This document shows positions 63,502-64,000 of a DNA stretch of 64,000 bases, in pieces; position 1 is the stretch's first letter; every line of letters starts with the position of its first letter. Origin of the DNA: an uncultured delta proteobacterium (GTDB lineage Bacteria > Desulfobacterota > Syntrophobacteria > BM002); assembly GCA_963712115.1 (NCBI GenBank), contig CAVQGX010000017.1, forward strand, positions 11,259 to 75,258. Direction: 5' to 3'. A program made the position numbers and the translations under genes. The notes under the pieces were generated by a model. It saw only the letters and a list, made by a program, of their open reading frames with translations. It did not search any database and had not been told where the DNA came from.

Positions 63502-63959
63502 AATCACCGAACATCAAGGTAGTCTGTCAGAATAAAAAGGCCAGGTATGACTACGAAATTATCGAGGTCATTGAGGCTGGAATGGTTTTACTTGGCACGG
63601 AGGTAAAATCTCTGCGGCAAGGACGTGCCAATCTTAAGGACAGTTACGCTCGAATAAGAGACGGCGAGCTCTTTCTCATGCAGTGCCACATCAGCCCCTA
63701 CACCCACGCCTATTATGACAACCACGAGCCCGACCGGGCCCGCAAGCTCCTGGTACACAAGCGGGAAATCAAACGTCTACAGGGAAAGACCCAAGAGAAG
63801 GGTCTGACTCTAGTGCCGCTCAAAATCTACTTCAAGGACGGCAAAGCCAAGGTGGAGCTGGCTCTGGCTCGCGGTAAGAGGAGTTACGACAAGCGGGAGA
63901 CCCTTAAGCGAAAAACTGAAGAAAGAGAACTGCAGAGAGCCATTAAGGACAGGCGCTAG
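63498..63959 (+). CDS. smpB: SsrA-binding protein
   Basis: NKKA..DY, EAG..L.GTEVKS.R, RKLL.HK.EI, GK...DKR. Confidence 0.97.
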   Translation: MKSPNIKVVCQNKKARYDYEIIEVIEAGMVLLGTEVKSLRQGRANLKDSYARIRDGELFLMQCHISPYTHAYYDNHEPDRARKLLVHKREIKRLQGKTQEKGLTLVPLKIYFKDGKAKVELALARGKRSYDKRETLKRKTEERELQRAIKDRR

Positions 63960-63978
63960 GCGAGGTGCGCCTCGCGCC

Positions 63979-64000
63979 AGTAGGCACTAAGCAGTAAGCA
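63979..64000. repeat. Start of another actaggc/actaagc array, truncated by the window edge
   Basis: agtaggcactaagcagtaagca. Confidence 0.65.

Overview
A 64-kb chromosomal window, most likely from an anaerobic Deltaproteobacterium (Desulfobacterota-like; inferred from gene orders such as pyrG-kdsA-kdsC-lptCAB-rpoN-hpf-ptsN-rapZ, ffh-rpsP-khpA-rimM-trmD-rplS-rnhB-yraN-rsmI and ptsH-ptsI-smpB). Most genes are housekeeping. I saw no tRNA, rRNA, CRISPR array or transposase. Notable items: (i) an amidoligase followed by two tandem class-II (Ntn) glutamine amidotransferase-like paralogs, one of which has lost most family motifs; (ii) a stand-alone Fo operon with Na+-type c subunits, one single-hairpin and one double-hairpin with both ion sites intact, suggesting a hybrid rotor; (iii) an unannotated Phe-rich leader peptide with a five-segment attenuator ahead of a DAHP synthase-prephenate dehydratase fusion; (iv) about 25 intergenic, often nested, inverted arrays of 7-9-mer repeats, some of which supply stop codons; (v) ~190-bp TA-ended rod-like hairpins that share a GAGGCGTACTTGA..GTACG core and flank an arsR-permease pair; (vi) a 4Fe-4S gene bracketed by two 33-bp TTACCCA-N19-TGGGTAA sites. 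All calls come from motif reading by eye, without database searches. Several start codons were adjusted from the ORF track using ribosome-binding sites.
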